DNA from: Octopus sinensis
Lineage: Eukaryota
Reading direction: 5' to 3'
Length of the DNA: 64,000 nucleotides
Assembly: GCF_006345805.1 (NCBI RefSeq)
Contig: NC_043018.1
Location: 10,106,001 to 10,170,000 of the forward strand
Shown: one piece after another, positions 50,657 to 64,000 of the stretch
How positions within the stretch are numbered: the stretch's first letter is position 1
Layout of the letters: each line of letters starts with the position of its first letter
The notes under the pieces: generated by a model
Told to the model about the DNA's origin: nothing
What the model saw: the letters and a program-made list of their open reading frames with translations, nothing else
Database searches by the model: none
Translations under genes and position numbers: made by a program

Positions 50657-50842
50657 AAAGTGTCCCTTTACATCACAGTCGTTGATTACGATCGTATCGG
50701 GACGTCCGAACCTATCGGACGAACCTTCCTTGGCTGCAACTCCACTGGTACTGAATTGCGTCATTGGAGCGACATGTTGGCTAATCCTCGCCGACCAATT
50801 GCGCAATGGCATACTCTTCAAGAAGTGCCCGAGAAAAATTAG
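50657..50842 (+). CDS. Syt1: Syt1 terminal coding exon ([61 protein letters not shown])
   Basis: Long T-rich tract + ttacag| acceptor; WHxL C-terminal motif; TAG stop at 50840-50842. Confidence 0.97.
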   Translation, partial: KVSLYITVVDYDRIGTSEPIGRTFLGCNSTGTELRHWSDMLANPRRPIAQWHTLQEVPEKN

Positions 50843-51186
50843 GGCACTCAATACCATGGACTCCGCACTATTTCTTCGATTTCCCTCAGTTTTAGCTGTA
50901 CAGTTTCTCCTAACCCTCTCTATTTCAGCTTATTTTTTTACAGCATATTTAAAATATTATCCTTACATTTTTTTAGAAGAAATATACAAATAATTGAATA
51001 GGTTTAAGTTCATTTCATAGTGTCTTATGATGTATAATAGATATCATGATATATCTTAGAGTCTTATGATATGTAATACAAAGTTAGGACATATAATAGT
51101 CTTTTGATAATATAATCCAATGTTTTTAATTATTCATATACATGTATTATATATATATATATATATGCATATTTATATATATATAT

Positions 51187-51241
<55 letters not shown>

Positions 51242-53856
51242 ATATATGGATAGATATATGTGTGTACATACATATATGTATATGTATATTAATACATATA
51301 ATATATATATGTTTGTATGTATGTATGTACGTATGTATATATATTTATAAATATAATCCGGCAATAACAGGTCACTTTCAGAATATATTAATAGTATTAA
51401 AAGGGTAGCTTATAAAAACAGGTCATAAACTAAATAAAAAAACAAGCCTAGAATATTTCCTAAAGCAGTAAAAGGTCAGGTGTAATTAAAAATAACTTTT
51501 AAAATACCTAGTTTTTAATTAGTCATACTATTTAGTGATTATTTAATTAGGAAGGTGATAGCTATTAACTAATTACTTTTCATCCGAGTTTAGGTGTTTA
51601 GGATAGAATTGAAAATTAAAATAATGAAAAATATTTATAAGATGAATTAATTTATCAATCTATGGGTTTGAAATAAAGTTTCTTTTTTCAAAGCTGAAAG
51701 TCTAAAACTGACGGTTTAAATCATAGGAGTCAAATAAGAGTAAAATTAAATAAATAAATAAACCATAAGAAAATCATGGTTTGTCCCTTTCTGGGAATTT
51801 CAACAGAATTATCTCGCTAATTTCCTTTGTAAAATATGAAGTACATGAAAAAAAATTAAATTAAAGAATTCACTTAAATTTTTGTTGATTTGTATGTCCT
51901 GAAGTACAGCAGTTCACTAGGCTGCAACTCCTGTATAAACACCTGCCTAAGCTGTCTATTCGTTTATACGCCATAACACAAAAACTGTTTTATGTATGTG
52001 ATACATTATAGAAGAGCAACGATGTGTGTTACATATTGTTTAACATCCATAAGAAACCTGTGGTATGACAAAAGATCTCATTTAGTTATTCATAGTTGTT
52101 CTAGGTATACAAGTATGGCATTAGCAAAAGTCTTATTAAAATAAATAAATAAATAAATTAAAAAAAAAACAACAAAAAAATACCCCAAAATGTGAAAAAG
52201 TTTGATATGAAATTAACTGTCTTATGATTAATGAAATCTGTTAATAAGTTCTCACATATTCCCTTGACATATGGTGTAAGATGTAAAAAAATAACTTATG
52301 AATTTTTCTTTACAACAAAATTTTATACCTTTGACAAGGATGTTATGTATGCATCAATGACTAAAAATTTGTATGTGCCACATCTTATGTAAGCTACATG
52401 AGAATATTTCAAATGACAGCATGCAAAAACTAAAACTCATACAAGTTGTGTGCGCTGATAAAAGGATACAATCAGTGAAAAGTTTAAAACAAAAAATGAA
52501 AAATAAAATAAACTAAAAATAAATATAAATTATCTAAAATATACATATCAAACTTTTACAGAGTTTATCGATAATAATGGTAATAATAAGGCTAAATAAT
52601 TATTTAAATAATAAGGACAAGATAAATCGTAATACAAATTCACAAAAATATATTTATTTCATTAAAAATTACTAAAGGAATTTAAGATAAAAGGTCTTTT
52701 AAAATAAAAATGAAGGAAGCTGAAGTAACTCTTCTGATGCAATAGAGAATCATGCAAAAAGGAAGAAAAAATTTTATGTAAATGTTGTTTTTCTGAGAAA
52801 TTAATGAAAAACTCCATTTACTCAATTGCTATTTTTAAAAGGAGATAAAAATAATAATGATTAAAGAAAAACAACAAAAAGTATCTAAAAAAATGAAACA
52901 GTTGTTACTGATTGACAGTGGTGATCTATATAGAAGTTAATGAGTTCTAAAATTAACCAATGAGTTGTTAATTGAGAAAAAAAAAAAAATTAGATGATAA
53001 GGAAAACAAAAACAAACAATAAAAACAACTTTAAAATATTAATTATAAAGGTGCAACATTTAAAAAAAACAGTGATTAAGGATTAGAATGATAGAGAAAT
53101 TAAACTTTAATAAATAAGCAATAAATAGGTAAGACACTATAGATAAATAATAATAATAATAATAAGGAAAAACACAGGGAAAAATTTAGGGATTAAACTA
53201 AACTGATTGGTGAATTGTCTGATTGGTAAAAGATAGAATGAATGATTAAAATATATATATATAAAATTTGAAAAAATCTTAAAACAAACAAAAAAAATTG
53301 GAAAAAAGGTTATAAAAATGGGCAAAGAATTTAGTAATTTGTGAGAAAATTGTAGTTTTTAATTAGAGTGATTGATTGGAGCAGAAGAAAGCAAAATGTT
53401 AAAGAAACAGAACCTGTGTGTTTTAGTGACAAAGTCAAACTTCTACCCTGTACAGTACATGTTGAAGTTAAATATTTTTTTGTTCCTTAAATGTCTAAAA
53501 ATTGTTGACATATTTTATTTATTATTTTTCCCTTCTACTTCTAATTCTTCTCTTTCTGTCTATCTCTATCTCTCTCATTTCAAAACAAAACTGAACAAAA
53601 AAAAACCCCAAAACGCAAACAAAAAAAATGGAATATTTATTGTGTCTTTGTTTGGCCAAAAGAAGGAAACAAAACAAAAGAAAGAAAAATTTTTTAATTT
53701 ATTAATTAATTTTTGATTTGTTTTTTTTTTTAATTATGAAATTAAATTATTCCCATCCAATACCAATCACTGGATACTTTGTCCATGTGGTGGTCAGTTC
53801 ACTGAAAAAAAAACTAAAAAATAAAAAAGAGAAAAAAATGAATGCAAGCAATGTAC

Positions 53857-53888
<32 letters not shown>

Positions 53889-53906
53889 CATACATACATA
53901 CATATA

Positions 53907-53941
<35 letters not shown>

Positions 53942-56900
53942 GTGTGTGTGTGTGTGCGTGTGTATATATATATATATATGTATATATATAAAGGGCACAT
54001 ACATACCTTGTGTATACATATATGTATATAAGTATATGTATTCATGAATGTATATGCATATATATATACATGCATTATGAATATACATATATATATACAT
54101 TAAATATATATATATATATGTATGTATGCTTTATACATATACATATCATAAGTATATATATTGTATATAAAAAATATATACATATATATATATATATACA
54201 TGCATATACAAACATATGCATATAGATATATGTGTATGGGTGTATGTATATATATATATATGTGTGTGCGTGTGTGTGTGTGCATGTGTGAGTGCATGTA
54301 TATATACTCATATATATACTCATATCCAAGTTATGAGTTGTTATCAAATTTCTTTATTTATAAATCAACTGTTATACTTCTGTTTCCTTCTTAAATTGAT
54401 TTTATTGCTGTTAATTAATTAATTATCCATTTAATCCTTTGTTGCAGGTATTATGTGATCTCCAGCTTCCCATTAAACTGTACTAATTAATTCTTCCCAG
54501 TTAATGATTGTAATTATTATAATAATATTATTAATAATAAAGTTAGTGGTCAGTTCATGGACCTAAAATTAATTATATTAATAAAAATTAACAGAAACAG
54601 TTAAGCTGATTAGATAATAATATTGAATACAATTTATTGCACTTAATCAAACATCTATAAACATTTTAGAGTAAAACATTAATAATATATTGAAAACATT
54701 CAATAAAATGACAAATATTTAATTATTTAAACCATCTGATAACTTACAACTTCTAAAAGGATAAAAAAAAAAATTAAAAAATTTAAAGTGGTGGATAAAA
54801 TATAAAATATTCTCTCGAATTTCTTGGAATAGAGAAGAATTTTTAAAAATTACTTTAAAAAAGACAATGAGAAAAGAAAAAAAATTATAGGCAAAGAGAA
54901 ATTCTGCAAACTAAAAACCCTTTCAAATGGAATTGAAAAGCTAAAAGTAAAATAATACTCCCCCTGTAATTGCAGGTATTTGAGGTGATGTTTGATCGTG
55001 CAATGCCCCAGATTGTCCATCTCTTCACTCTTTTGCGTCAAATGCCCTTCATTAATGTTTCTACACCAAGGACGTAATGAAGGGAGTGACGCATTAACGC
55101 TAAGAAAAGTAAAACTAAAAAGACAAGCAAACAAAAAGGCTTAACTTATTCAGCAACATCAAAGGAAACTCGTAACATCCGTGAGCCTCTCCCGCAAAAC
55201 TGATAGCTATATCTTATATTGGTACGTTATACTGAGAAAGGTAAAACATATAGAAATAAATATATGTTCGTATTTAAAAAAAAAGCTCCATAAAAAAGCA
55301 ACTTCTAAAAACATAATTAAAAGGAAAAGCAAACGCAGGAATGGAAAATTTTCAGGAAATCAGAAATTTCTAATTGACTGAAGCTTAATGACTATGCCAC
55401 AGATTTCACATGGGAATGGTAGATGTAGAAGTACACGTGTGTGAGTGTGTGTGTGTGTGCATGAGTAGATATGACAAATAAGGTAGTTGAGCATCTGAAC
55501 TGAAAGAAGGAACGAAACCAAAAAACTGATAATTTAAATGTTTAATCATGATTTGTCTTTTGATTCCATAGCTTTGTTTTTCGTTTAGATTAATGTAAAA
55601 TATGTTTTTTCTTTTGTTTTTGTAGATTTGGTCCTTAATGTGAATGTTTCTCTGTTGGGTCACCTCTTGTAGTAAAATGGGAGTAGAGAAGCTTCTCAGG
55701 GCCACCCACAGGGTTTTAATTAATCGATATTAGATCTTAGAAAGAATATTAGTTTGAAATCAATATCATTATGTTATATTTGAAAGTTCTATGAAGTCTG
55801 TAAGTCTTCGTGTCTTCTTAGGAATAGAGTACATCCCTTGAGATGTATACATGTATATGGGTGTGTGTCTGTGCAAATGTGCGTGTATATATATTTATAT
55901 ATATACACGCACATATATATATATATGTACGTATATATATATGTGTGTATGTGTGTGTGTGTGTGCGCGTGGATTACATTCTACAAAGAAGGATGTTTGT
56001 TTAATGGAATGCACTTGGTATGTTTTTATGAATGAGTAGGAAAGGTAATATATATTATTTAAGTTTTGAGGAATAATCTAGAATAAACCATTGAAATTGC
56101 GGTATGGAAATTTTAAAATTCAGTCAAAGAAATTAGATTGAGAAAATGAAGATAATGAAAGTATTGCTTTAAAATTATATAACTATATGTATATCTCTAT
56201 ACATATCTATAAACAGAAATATATTTAATTATAAACTATTACCAAAATTTATATATTACTCTATAAAATCCTATTAAACTATTATCTATATTTATATATA
56301 TCTAGAAACAAATAAAATAATTAGTATTTTACTTTTTTCATCTCCTAATAATTAAACTCTTAGCTGTTTTAAAGATTTTTCACTTTTCCACCGTTTTAAC
56401 TAATTATCTCCCCCTTTGTGAACTCTTTTGGTAACCAAGTTGCACATCTCACAACCTGCAACCACTTACGGTATAATTTTTTTTCTTCAAACCTTTTTCT
56501 CTTACGGACAGCATTATTATTATTTACATTATTATCATTATCATCATTGTTACAACTACCACAACTATAATGATTTCTTTATAAGATACTGAAGGAAAAA
56601 AGACGTTTAAATTGGTAAAGTATAGGAAAGAAGAGTCTAAAAATAAAAGAGAAGGTTAAAATAAAAAATCGGCAGAAAGAATTTGAATGAGATGTGATCA
56701 CATTGCAAATTAGACCACAGTCAAATTTAATATTGAATCTCTTTTCTGAACAGTTCTAGCTTACTTAGCCTTTAGCATTAATCAGGTAACTTGTACTCAA
56801 TTCAACAGCACCCCAGATTTCTATAAAGAGAATTAATATAGAGCTTAAAGGAAATTTTATTAAAAATCAGGCTCTAGGAATATATTTCTTAATTTTAATA

Positions 56901-58420
56901 TCTTTTTCCTCCTAAATGTTAAGTTAAAACTGGGGTTGCCATGGAATTAAAACAATTAGAGAACAGTACTTTGCCTCTCTGCTAAACTTTGCCAAAAACT
57001 GCAACAGTTCCAGACCATTTATACAGATATTTGCTCATCAAAAAGCCATCGTGGTTAATTAGTTATAAAAAAAAACAAACAAAAAAAACAAGCAACAACA
57101 TTCATTTCAGTGGTTGGGGGTAAAAAAAACTTGCACACAAACTTCAATGTAAGCCCATAGGAAACAATTATAGCTACAATGGCACTATTAGAGATCTTAC
57201 CAAAAACTCTAAGTAATTCTCCATAAATTGCTGGAGCGATTTCCTCATTTAGTTCATCAAAACAATTTGCTTTTTTTATTTTATTCTTTCAATGAATTTT
57301 TCGTGAGTTATTGAAAAAAATGAAATAAAGAAAACAAAATTGGTTTTAAAATAGTGGACAAAGAAAAAAAAAAGAAAAGTAAAGGGAAATAAACAACAAA
57401 ACACTTAAAAGAAGGGAAAGTGGGGTTTCTAAGTAACAGGTTAAATCTTATGTGAGAAATATTAGCAGTGAATATTACCGGTTTATATCATTATTATTAT
57501 TATTGTTATGTATATTAAAAAGAAAAATACAAAAATACAAAAAAAAAAGTAAATAACAGAAAAGAAGTGATAATGGTGTTTTTTCTAACATAAGTCCTTT
57601 TTATATCATGTTTTTTTTTTTCCTCAACATATATCTGTGTCTGTGGAATGCCGTTCTGTGTGAGCGTGACTGCAAGTCAGGGATGGGTTACAAAAAAAAC
57701 AAAAAAACCACAAACAAACATAAAAGGTGTCTGTTTGGGATGGGATTACCTTCTGAGGTTATCACTTTCATTTTGACTTTACCATTAATCATTACAAATT
57801 AATGTTTAATGAAATTCTGGTTATGATGATGATAATGATGATGATGATGATAATGATAATGATGATAATGATGATGATAATGATGATGATGATGATGATG
57901 ATGATAATGATGATAGTGACAATAATAATGATTATAATAAACATAAATAAAACCATTAACCTGTAGAGTTTTTTTCTATCTTATCCAAAATTTTATTTAG
58001 TGAATAGAATTTCTTTCTTACTACCACGGAGGCACTTGTCTCATAAAAAACGTGAACAAACAAACAAGCGAAAAAAAAAAAAATTAAATTTAAAAATTTA
58101 AATTAAATTATTTAATAACAAAAATTACCCCCTCCCCCAATAAAAAGAAACTAAAAAAAAAAGAAAACCGCCCTTACTAAAAGTAATTGATAAACTGTTA
58201 AAGTTATGAGGTGATGTGTGAGTTTATCGAAGCTGAGTTCTGTGAAAAACCAGTTCTTGGCTCTGTTTTACACGTTTTTTTTTTTCCAGAGCACTTTTGA
58301 GATTTTTTTTTTCTGCCGCATGTTGTATAAACTTGTTGTCTGCTCTAAAGTTATTGCCATTCTAAGTAATATTTCTATGTAGATTCATATCGTTGCAATA
58401 AAGACTCCGTGTCAGTAGCT
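50843..58420 (+). other. Putative long 3' UTR of Syt1
   Basis: About 7.6 kb of very AT-rich sequence with no recognisable SINE, unlike the SINE-dense introns and the downstream flank; ends near an AATAAA followed by a U-rich tract. Confidence 0.55.
58397..58402 (+). terminator. Candidate distal polyadenylation signal AATAAA
   Basis: gttgcAATAAAgactccg, followed by T/GT-rich sequence, at the point where SINEs resume. Many other AATAAA hexamers occur upstream. Confidence 0.35.
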
Positions 58421-58449
58421 TAATCCTGTCTTTCTCTTCTTATTTTGAT

Positions 58450-58663
58450 CATAATTTTTTTCTTCTTTTACTTGTTTCAGTCATTTGACTGCGGCCATGC
58501 TGGAGCACCGCCTTTAGTCGAGCAACTCGACCCTGGGACTTATTCTTTGTAAGCCCAGTACTTATTCTATCGGTCTCTTTTGCCGAACCACTAAGTGATG
58601 GGGACGTAAACACACCAGCATCGGTTGTCAAGCGATGCTAGGGGGACAAACACAGACACACAA

Positions 58664-58698
<35 letters not shown>

Positions 58699-59131
58699 CG
58701 ATGGGCTTCTTTCAGTTTCCGTCTACCAAATCCACTCACAAGGCTTTGGTCGGCCCGAGGCTATAGCAGAAGGCACTTGCCCAAGGTGCCACGCAGTGGG
58801 ACTGAACCCAGAACCATGTGGTTGGTAAGCAAGCTACTTACCACACAGCCACTCCTGCGCCTATAAATCCATTTTTTTTTCCTTTTTATCTTTTTATCTG
58901 TTTCAGCCATCTGATTGCGGCCATGCTGGAGTACCACCATGAAGAATTTTTAGTCGAACGAATCGACCCCCACAGTTTGTTTCTTTTTAAAGCTTGGTGC
59001 TTATTCTGTCAGTGTCTTTTTTTGCTGAAGCGCTAAGTAACAGGGACGTAAACAAACCAACACCAGTTGTCAGGCATGCGAGTTTCCATAGATCTCTATT
59101 CTATGGATTAGCTCATGTTATTAGAATACTT
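58450..59131 (-). mobile_element. Family-A SINE plus adjacent older 3'-half SINE; inverted paralogue of 9148-9820
   Basis: 58858-59131 vs 9148-9420: I count 4 substitutions in ~270 nt. Confidence 0.85.
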
Positions 59132-59484
59132 CCTAACTGAGGTTTTCTGTTAAGGCTTCATAGTTAACAAGAAGAACGAAACCAGAGCCAGATTTATACT
59201 GTGCAATAGAGAAATAACTGCAACAACAAACACACACACACATATATATTATGGGCTTCTTTCAGTTTCCATCAACCAAATCCAATCACAAGGATTTGGT
59301 CAGCCTGAGGCTATAGTAGAAGACTCTTGCCCAAGGTGCCACGCAGTGGGACTGAACCTGAAACCATGTGGTTGGAAAGTGAGCTTCTTACCACACAACC
59401 ATGCCTACACCTATTATTTAAGTTTTTAATCAACCAAAATATGCTTATTTATTTTTTATTATATTTTATAAAATTTAAAATAGG

Positions 59485-60090
59485 CCGTGAGCTGGCAGAA
59501 TTGTCAGCCCACAAGACAAAGTGCTGAGAGGCATTTTTTCTGGTTTCACATGCTGAGTTCAAGTTCTGCCAAGACTGGTTTTACTCTTTCATACTTTTGG
59601 GGTTGATGAAATAAGTACTTATTTATGCACTGAGAACGATGTAATCAACTGACCACCTCCACCAAAATTTCAACCTTGTGCCTATAGTAGAAAGGATTAT
59701 TATTAAGAATCGCTAGCACAGCTGGCAAAATGCTTAGCAGTGTTTTGCCTGTCACTGCATTCTGAGTTCAAATTCTACCAAGGTCAATTTTGCCTTTCAT
59801 CCTTTTGGGATCAATACATTAATACCAGCAAAATACTGGGGTTGATGTAATTGACTAGTTCTCTCCCCCAAAATTGTGCCTTTAGTAGAAAGGATTAGCA
59901 TGCTGGACGAAATGCTTAGCAGTACTTTACTCATCATTACATTCTGAGTTCAAATTCTGCTGAGGTCGACTTTACCTTCCATCTTTTTGGGGTCAAAAAA
60001 TTAAGTACCAGTGAAACACTGGGGTCAATGTAATTGACTAATCCTCTCCCCCAAAATTTCAGGCCTTTTGCCTATAATAGAAAGGATTAT
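59485..60090 (+). mobile_element. Tandem array of 3-4 older family-B-like SINEs
   Basis: Repeated aaatgcttagcag...ctgagttcaaattct...aagtaccag...gtgcctatagtagaaaggatta units. Confidence 0.75.
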
Positions 60091-60369
60091 AGCCTGATTC
60101 TGGTATTTATATATTTTGGGGTTTTTGTTTTATAATCTTTTTCCTTTTATTCTTTTATTTCTTTCAGTCATTTGACTGTGGCCATGCTGGAGCACCACTT
60201 TTAGTTGAACAAATCGACCCCAGGACTTATTCTTTGTAAGCCTGGTACTTATTCTATTGGTCTCTTTTGCTGAACCGTTAAGTTATGGGGATGTAAACAC
60301 ACCAGCATCAGTTGTCAAGTGATGGTGGGGATGACAAACACAGACACGCAAACATACACACACACACAC

Positions 60370-60415
<46 letters not shown>

Positions 60416-60439
60416 GTATATATATGTATGTATATATAT

Positions 60440-60471
<32 letters not shown>

Positions 60472-60513
60472 CGTATATATATATATATATGCTTGTATAT
60501 ATATATATGCATG

Positions 60514-60545
<32 letters not shown>

Positions 60546-60597
60546 TATGTATATGTATATATATATGTATATGTATATATATATATGTATATATATA

Positions 60598-60638
<41 letters not shown>

Positions 60639-60688
60639 TATATGTATGTATATATATATATATATGTTATATATATATATGTTATATA

Positions 60689-60744
<56 letters not shown>

Positions 60745-60761
60745 ATATGTATATATATATG

Positions 60762-60795
<34 letters not shown>

Positions 60796-61031
60796 TATGT
60801 ATGTGTGCGTGTGTGTTTGTGTGTCTGTGTTTGTCCCCCTAGAATTGCTCGACAACTGATGCTGGTGTGTTTACGTCCCCATAACTTAGCAGTTCAGCAA
60901 AAGAGACCGATAGAATAAGTACTAGGCTTACAAAGAATAATAAGTCTTGGGGTTGATTTGCTCAACTAAAGGCGGTGCTCCAGCATGGTCACTGTCAAAT
61001 GACTGAAACAAGTAAAAGAGTAAAGTGAATA

Positions 61032-61069
<38 letters not shown>

Positions 61070-61539
61070 TATTATTATTATTATTGAAGGCAACCAGGCA
61101 GCATACTAGCAGAATCATTAGATTGCTGGACAAAATGCTTAGCAACATTTCTTCTGGTTTTATGCTCCAAGCTTAAATTCTGCCAAGGTCAACTTTGTCT
61201 TCCATCATTTTGGGGTCGATAAAATAAGCACCAGCCGAGCACTAGGGGTCAAAGTAATCAACTATCCTCTCTCACCGCGAATTTCGAGCCTTGAGCCTCT
61301 AACTGAACGAATTATTTGATGGTGGTTCCAAGTTTCCAAGGAACTAATCATAAGTTCCACTGAATTTGTAATGGCAACAGTTCCAGTGCTGAACAAATAT
61401 CTCAAAGGGTTTCTTTACGCTGCTAGTCATAGCTGTAACCATTTATAATGTCGTTTTGGTTTCTTTGATTAAAGCCTTGCAAAGAATTTCACTGAATGAC
61501 TGAATGTTACAATGATTAGACAGACACCAGTCAAAGGGG

Positions 61540-62370
61540 ACACATTGAAACATTCTAGTCAAGAGATCCCAGTCACAGGTGTTGTAGTGAAATATTCTAG
61601 TGGGCAAATGATGATCACAAGGGTTAGAGTGAAATTTTCTAGTAATCATTGAACAGACCCCAATCATAGGGATCATTGTGAAATATTCTTGAGCGCATAC
61701 CCCATTCATAGGAGCTACAATGAACAGTTTTAATGAAGAGATCCCAGTCTTAGAGATTACAGGGAAATATTCTAGTGAGTAGACCCCAATCGTAGGGGCT
61801 ACAGGAAATAATACTCTAGTGGGTAGATCCTAACTATAGGGACTACAATGAGATATTCTAGTTAACAGATCTGAACCATAGGGGTCATTGTGAAATATTC
61901 TTGAGAACATATCCCATTCATAGGGGCTAGAATGAAATATTTTAGTGAAAGGACCCCAGTCTTAGGGGTTACAAGGAAATATTTTAGTGAGCAGACCCCA
62001 ATCTTAGGGGCTATAGTGAAATAATACTCTAGTGGATAGATTCCAAATGTAGGGTCTATAATTATTGGGGTTCTAGTGAGCAGACCCCAATCTTAGGGGC
62101 TATAGTGAAATAATACTCTAGTGGATAGATCCCAAATGTAGGGTCTATAATTATTGGGGTTCTAGTGAACAGACCCCAATCATAGGGGGTCACAGTGGAA
62201 TATTTTAGTAAAGAGACTCCAAGTATAAAGACTAAAATGAAATATTCTGTTGACCAGACTCTAGCCATAAGGATTGTAATGAATTAATCTAGTGAACAAA
62301 CCCTAATCAAAGGGGTCACAGTAAAATATTTTAGTGAAAAAAAGGGCTACAATGAAATATTCCAATGAAC
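61540..62370. repeat. ~42-bp degenerate minisatellite (~20 copies) with higher-order structure
   Basis: Unit consensus approximately tgaaatattctagtgagcagaccccaatcataggggctaca. Confidence 0.85.
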
Positions 62371-62994
62371 AAATTTCAGTGATATATTAGATGAATATAT
62401 TGCAGTTATAAAGGTTAATGTCATAACTTTAGTAAAGAGGTCTCTGTATAACAACAAATGAGATTATTTGCTTCAGTACATTTATATAAATGCAACACCA
62501 ACAGAATGAATTTGAGATTAAATTTCTTAATAGAATATTAATTTGATCATCCAACTTAACATGGATGAGTTAAGAATGGTGTAGACACTAATAATCATTC
62601 TGAGAAATCATCTTGGATAGACGCTAAGTGCTAAAAAAGCACAGATTATAGTGGTTGAAGAAATTTTGTCAGAACTGGCAGATGGAACTGTTGTATCACA
62701 TGATTTCAGTATAAATTATGCATCCTCAGCAGCAGACACTCAAACACTCAATGCTAGATTGAAAATCCATCAAACTGATATAGTTTAACACTGGCTAATC
62801 TTCTATGATTTGTTTGATTGCTTTATGGGTTAGACAAATAACAAATATACGTTACTGAAGCATTGTTTTATATCCAAATGCCCTTCCTCTCACTAACCCT
62901 TACCTGTTTTTCAAGTAACGAGTCTCTTATTTCCATACATTTTCAAAAGTACAAAGCCAGTGAATGCTTTGAAGGCAGAGGTAAACTGTAAAGG

Positions 62995-63440
62995 CCTTCT
63001 TTGGTCATGAATGACCATGGGATTGCACCTAGAAAGTTCTCCTCTGAAGCACAAGACCAGGCAAGATTGTTTATGGAAGGCCAGCAGTCGCCCATGCATA
63101 CCAGCCTCCCCTCTACATGCCACCGGTGTTATCCAAGGGAGAGGCAAAGGCCAATCCAGTTTGACACTAGGGACATCGCAATTCATTTCTACAGCTGAGT
63201 GAACTGGACCAACATGAAATAAAGTGTCTTGCTCAAGAACACAACACAGCTTGATCCAGGGATTGAACTCACAAAGACCTCCTTTGGTCATGAATGACCA
63301 TGAGATTGCACCTAGAAAGTTCCCCGCTGAGGTATAAGTCCAGGCAAGTTTGTTTTATGGGAGACCAGTAGTCACCCATGCATACCAGCCTCTCCTCTCT
63401 GCACCATTGATTTTATCCAAGGGAAGAGCAACATGAAATG
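62995..63440 (-). mobile_element. Two truncated SINE-like copies (related to 44690-44990)
   Basis: ctttggtcatgaatgaccatg.gattgcacctagaaagtt at ~63000 and ~63283; gcaattcatttctacagctgagtgaactgg body. Confidence 0.7.
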
Positions 63441-63544
63441 AAGTGTCATGCTCATGCATACATACATGCATAAAAGAAAATACCTACATGCATAAAGCGC
63501 AACATGCAAATCTGCACATGCACTGACTCCAAATACTGCACATA

Positions 63545-63790
63545 CACATACATGGAAAAATACTATTGAGGAATCTACAGCTACAGATTACAAGTCTAGG
63601 TTTATACCTGTAATTATTGGGGTACTGGGATATGTAACACACTGCTTAAATACCAATCTTGAGAAATTAGGCTTCTCAAGACCAGAAAGGAGAAAGCTAA
63701 TTTGAAGACTACAGATCCAAGCCGTCACAGGAATGGTAAAAATCTGTAAAACTTTCCAGAAATTTAGTATTTAAGTATATATGAGCATGT
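63545..63790 (+). mobile_element. Decayed C-terminus of an RLE-type non-LTR retrotransposon
   Basis: DYKSRFIPVIIGVLGYVTHCLNTNLEKLGFSRPERRKLI*RLQIQAVTGMVKICK resembles the IPV(I/V)IGALG...GT.KI motif of RLE clades. Confidence 0.6.
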
Positions 63791-64000
63791 CTGGATATGC
63801 AAGTATGTGCATGAGAAGGCATAAAACAAAGCATACAAATCTGCATGTATACATATATACGTACAAAAATACCTTGTTGTTGATATTGGAATTCCAATGA
63901 AGGATCCTTGGATCTAGGTTAGAAACCAGTTCTTCTTCTGTTGGCAAGAAATTTTGAAATAAAACTGAATAATGACATACATACAGACACACATACATAC

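Noticed and set aside
53117-53124. miR-137 8-mer site AGCAATAA in the putative 3' UTR
   Set aside because: An AT-rich 8-mer is likely by chance in 7.6 kb of AT-rich sequence; it needs conservation evidence.
61540-62370. CRISPR-like array of palindromic repeats
   Set aside because: Eukaryotic context, no unique spacers, degenerate monomers with higher-order duplication, and no cas genes.

Overview
AT-rich eukaryotic genomic DNA, most likely from an octopus. This is inferred from the near-identity of the encoded protein to squid/Aplysia synaptotagmin as I recall it, and from the dense tRNA-derived SINE and microsatellite landscape. The window holds a plus-strand synaptotagmin-1 gene from the transmembrane exon (187) to the stop codon (50842); the N-terminal exon(s) lie upstream of the window. 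The gene has a 6-nt tandem acceptor (+/-VQ), two mutually exclusive 134-nt C2B exons, and a probable ~7.6 kb SINE-free 3' UTR. The introns contain at least four SINE-like families, CR1/L2-type and RLE-type LINE fragments, MITEs, palindromes and satellites. The most unusual observations are: (1) a CpG-rich, multiply self-complementary ~110-190 nt intronic island at 33.6-33.8 kb carrying hammerhead catalytic-core motifs in a non-canonical order; (2) two inverted, roughly concentric templated copies within the locus (18.1-18.95 kb copied to 49.56-49.95 kb, including the C2A splice acceptor and 27 nt of exon; 58.9-59.1 kb copied to 9.15-9.42 kb); (3) a LINE sharing its 3' tail with a SINE family. 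Exon coordinates were hand-counted to GT/AG boundaries. Repeat boundaries are approximate, and no database searches or folding computations were run.
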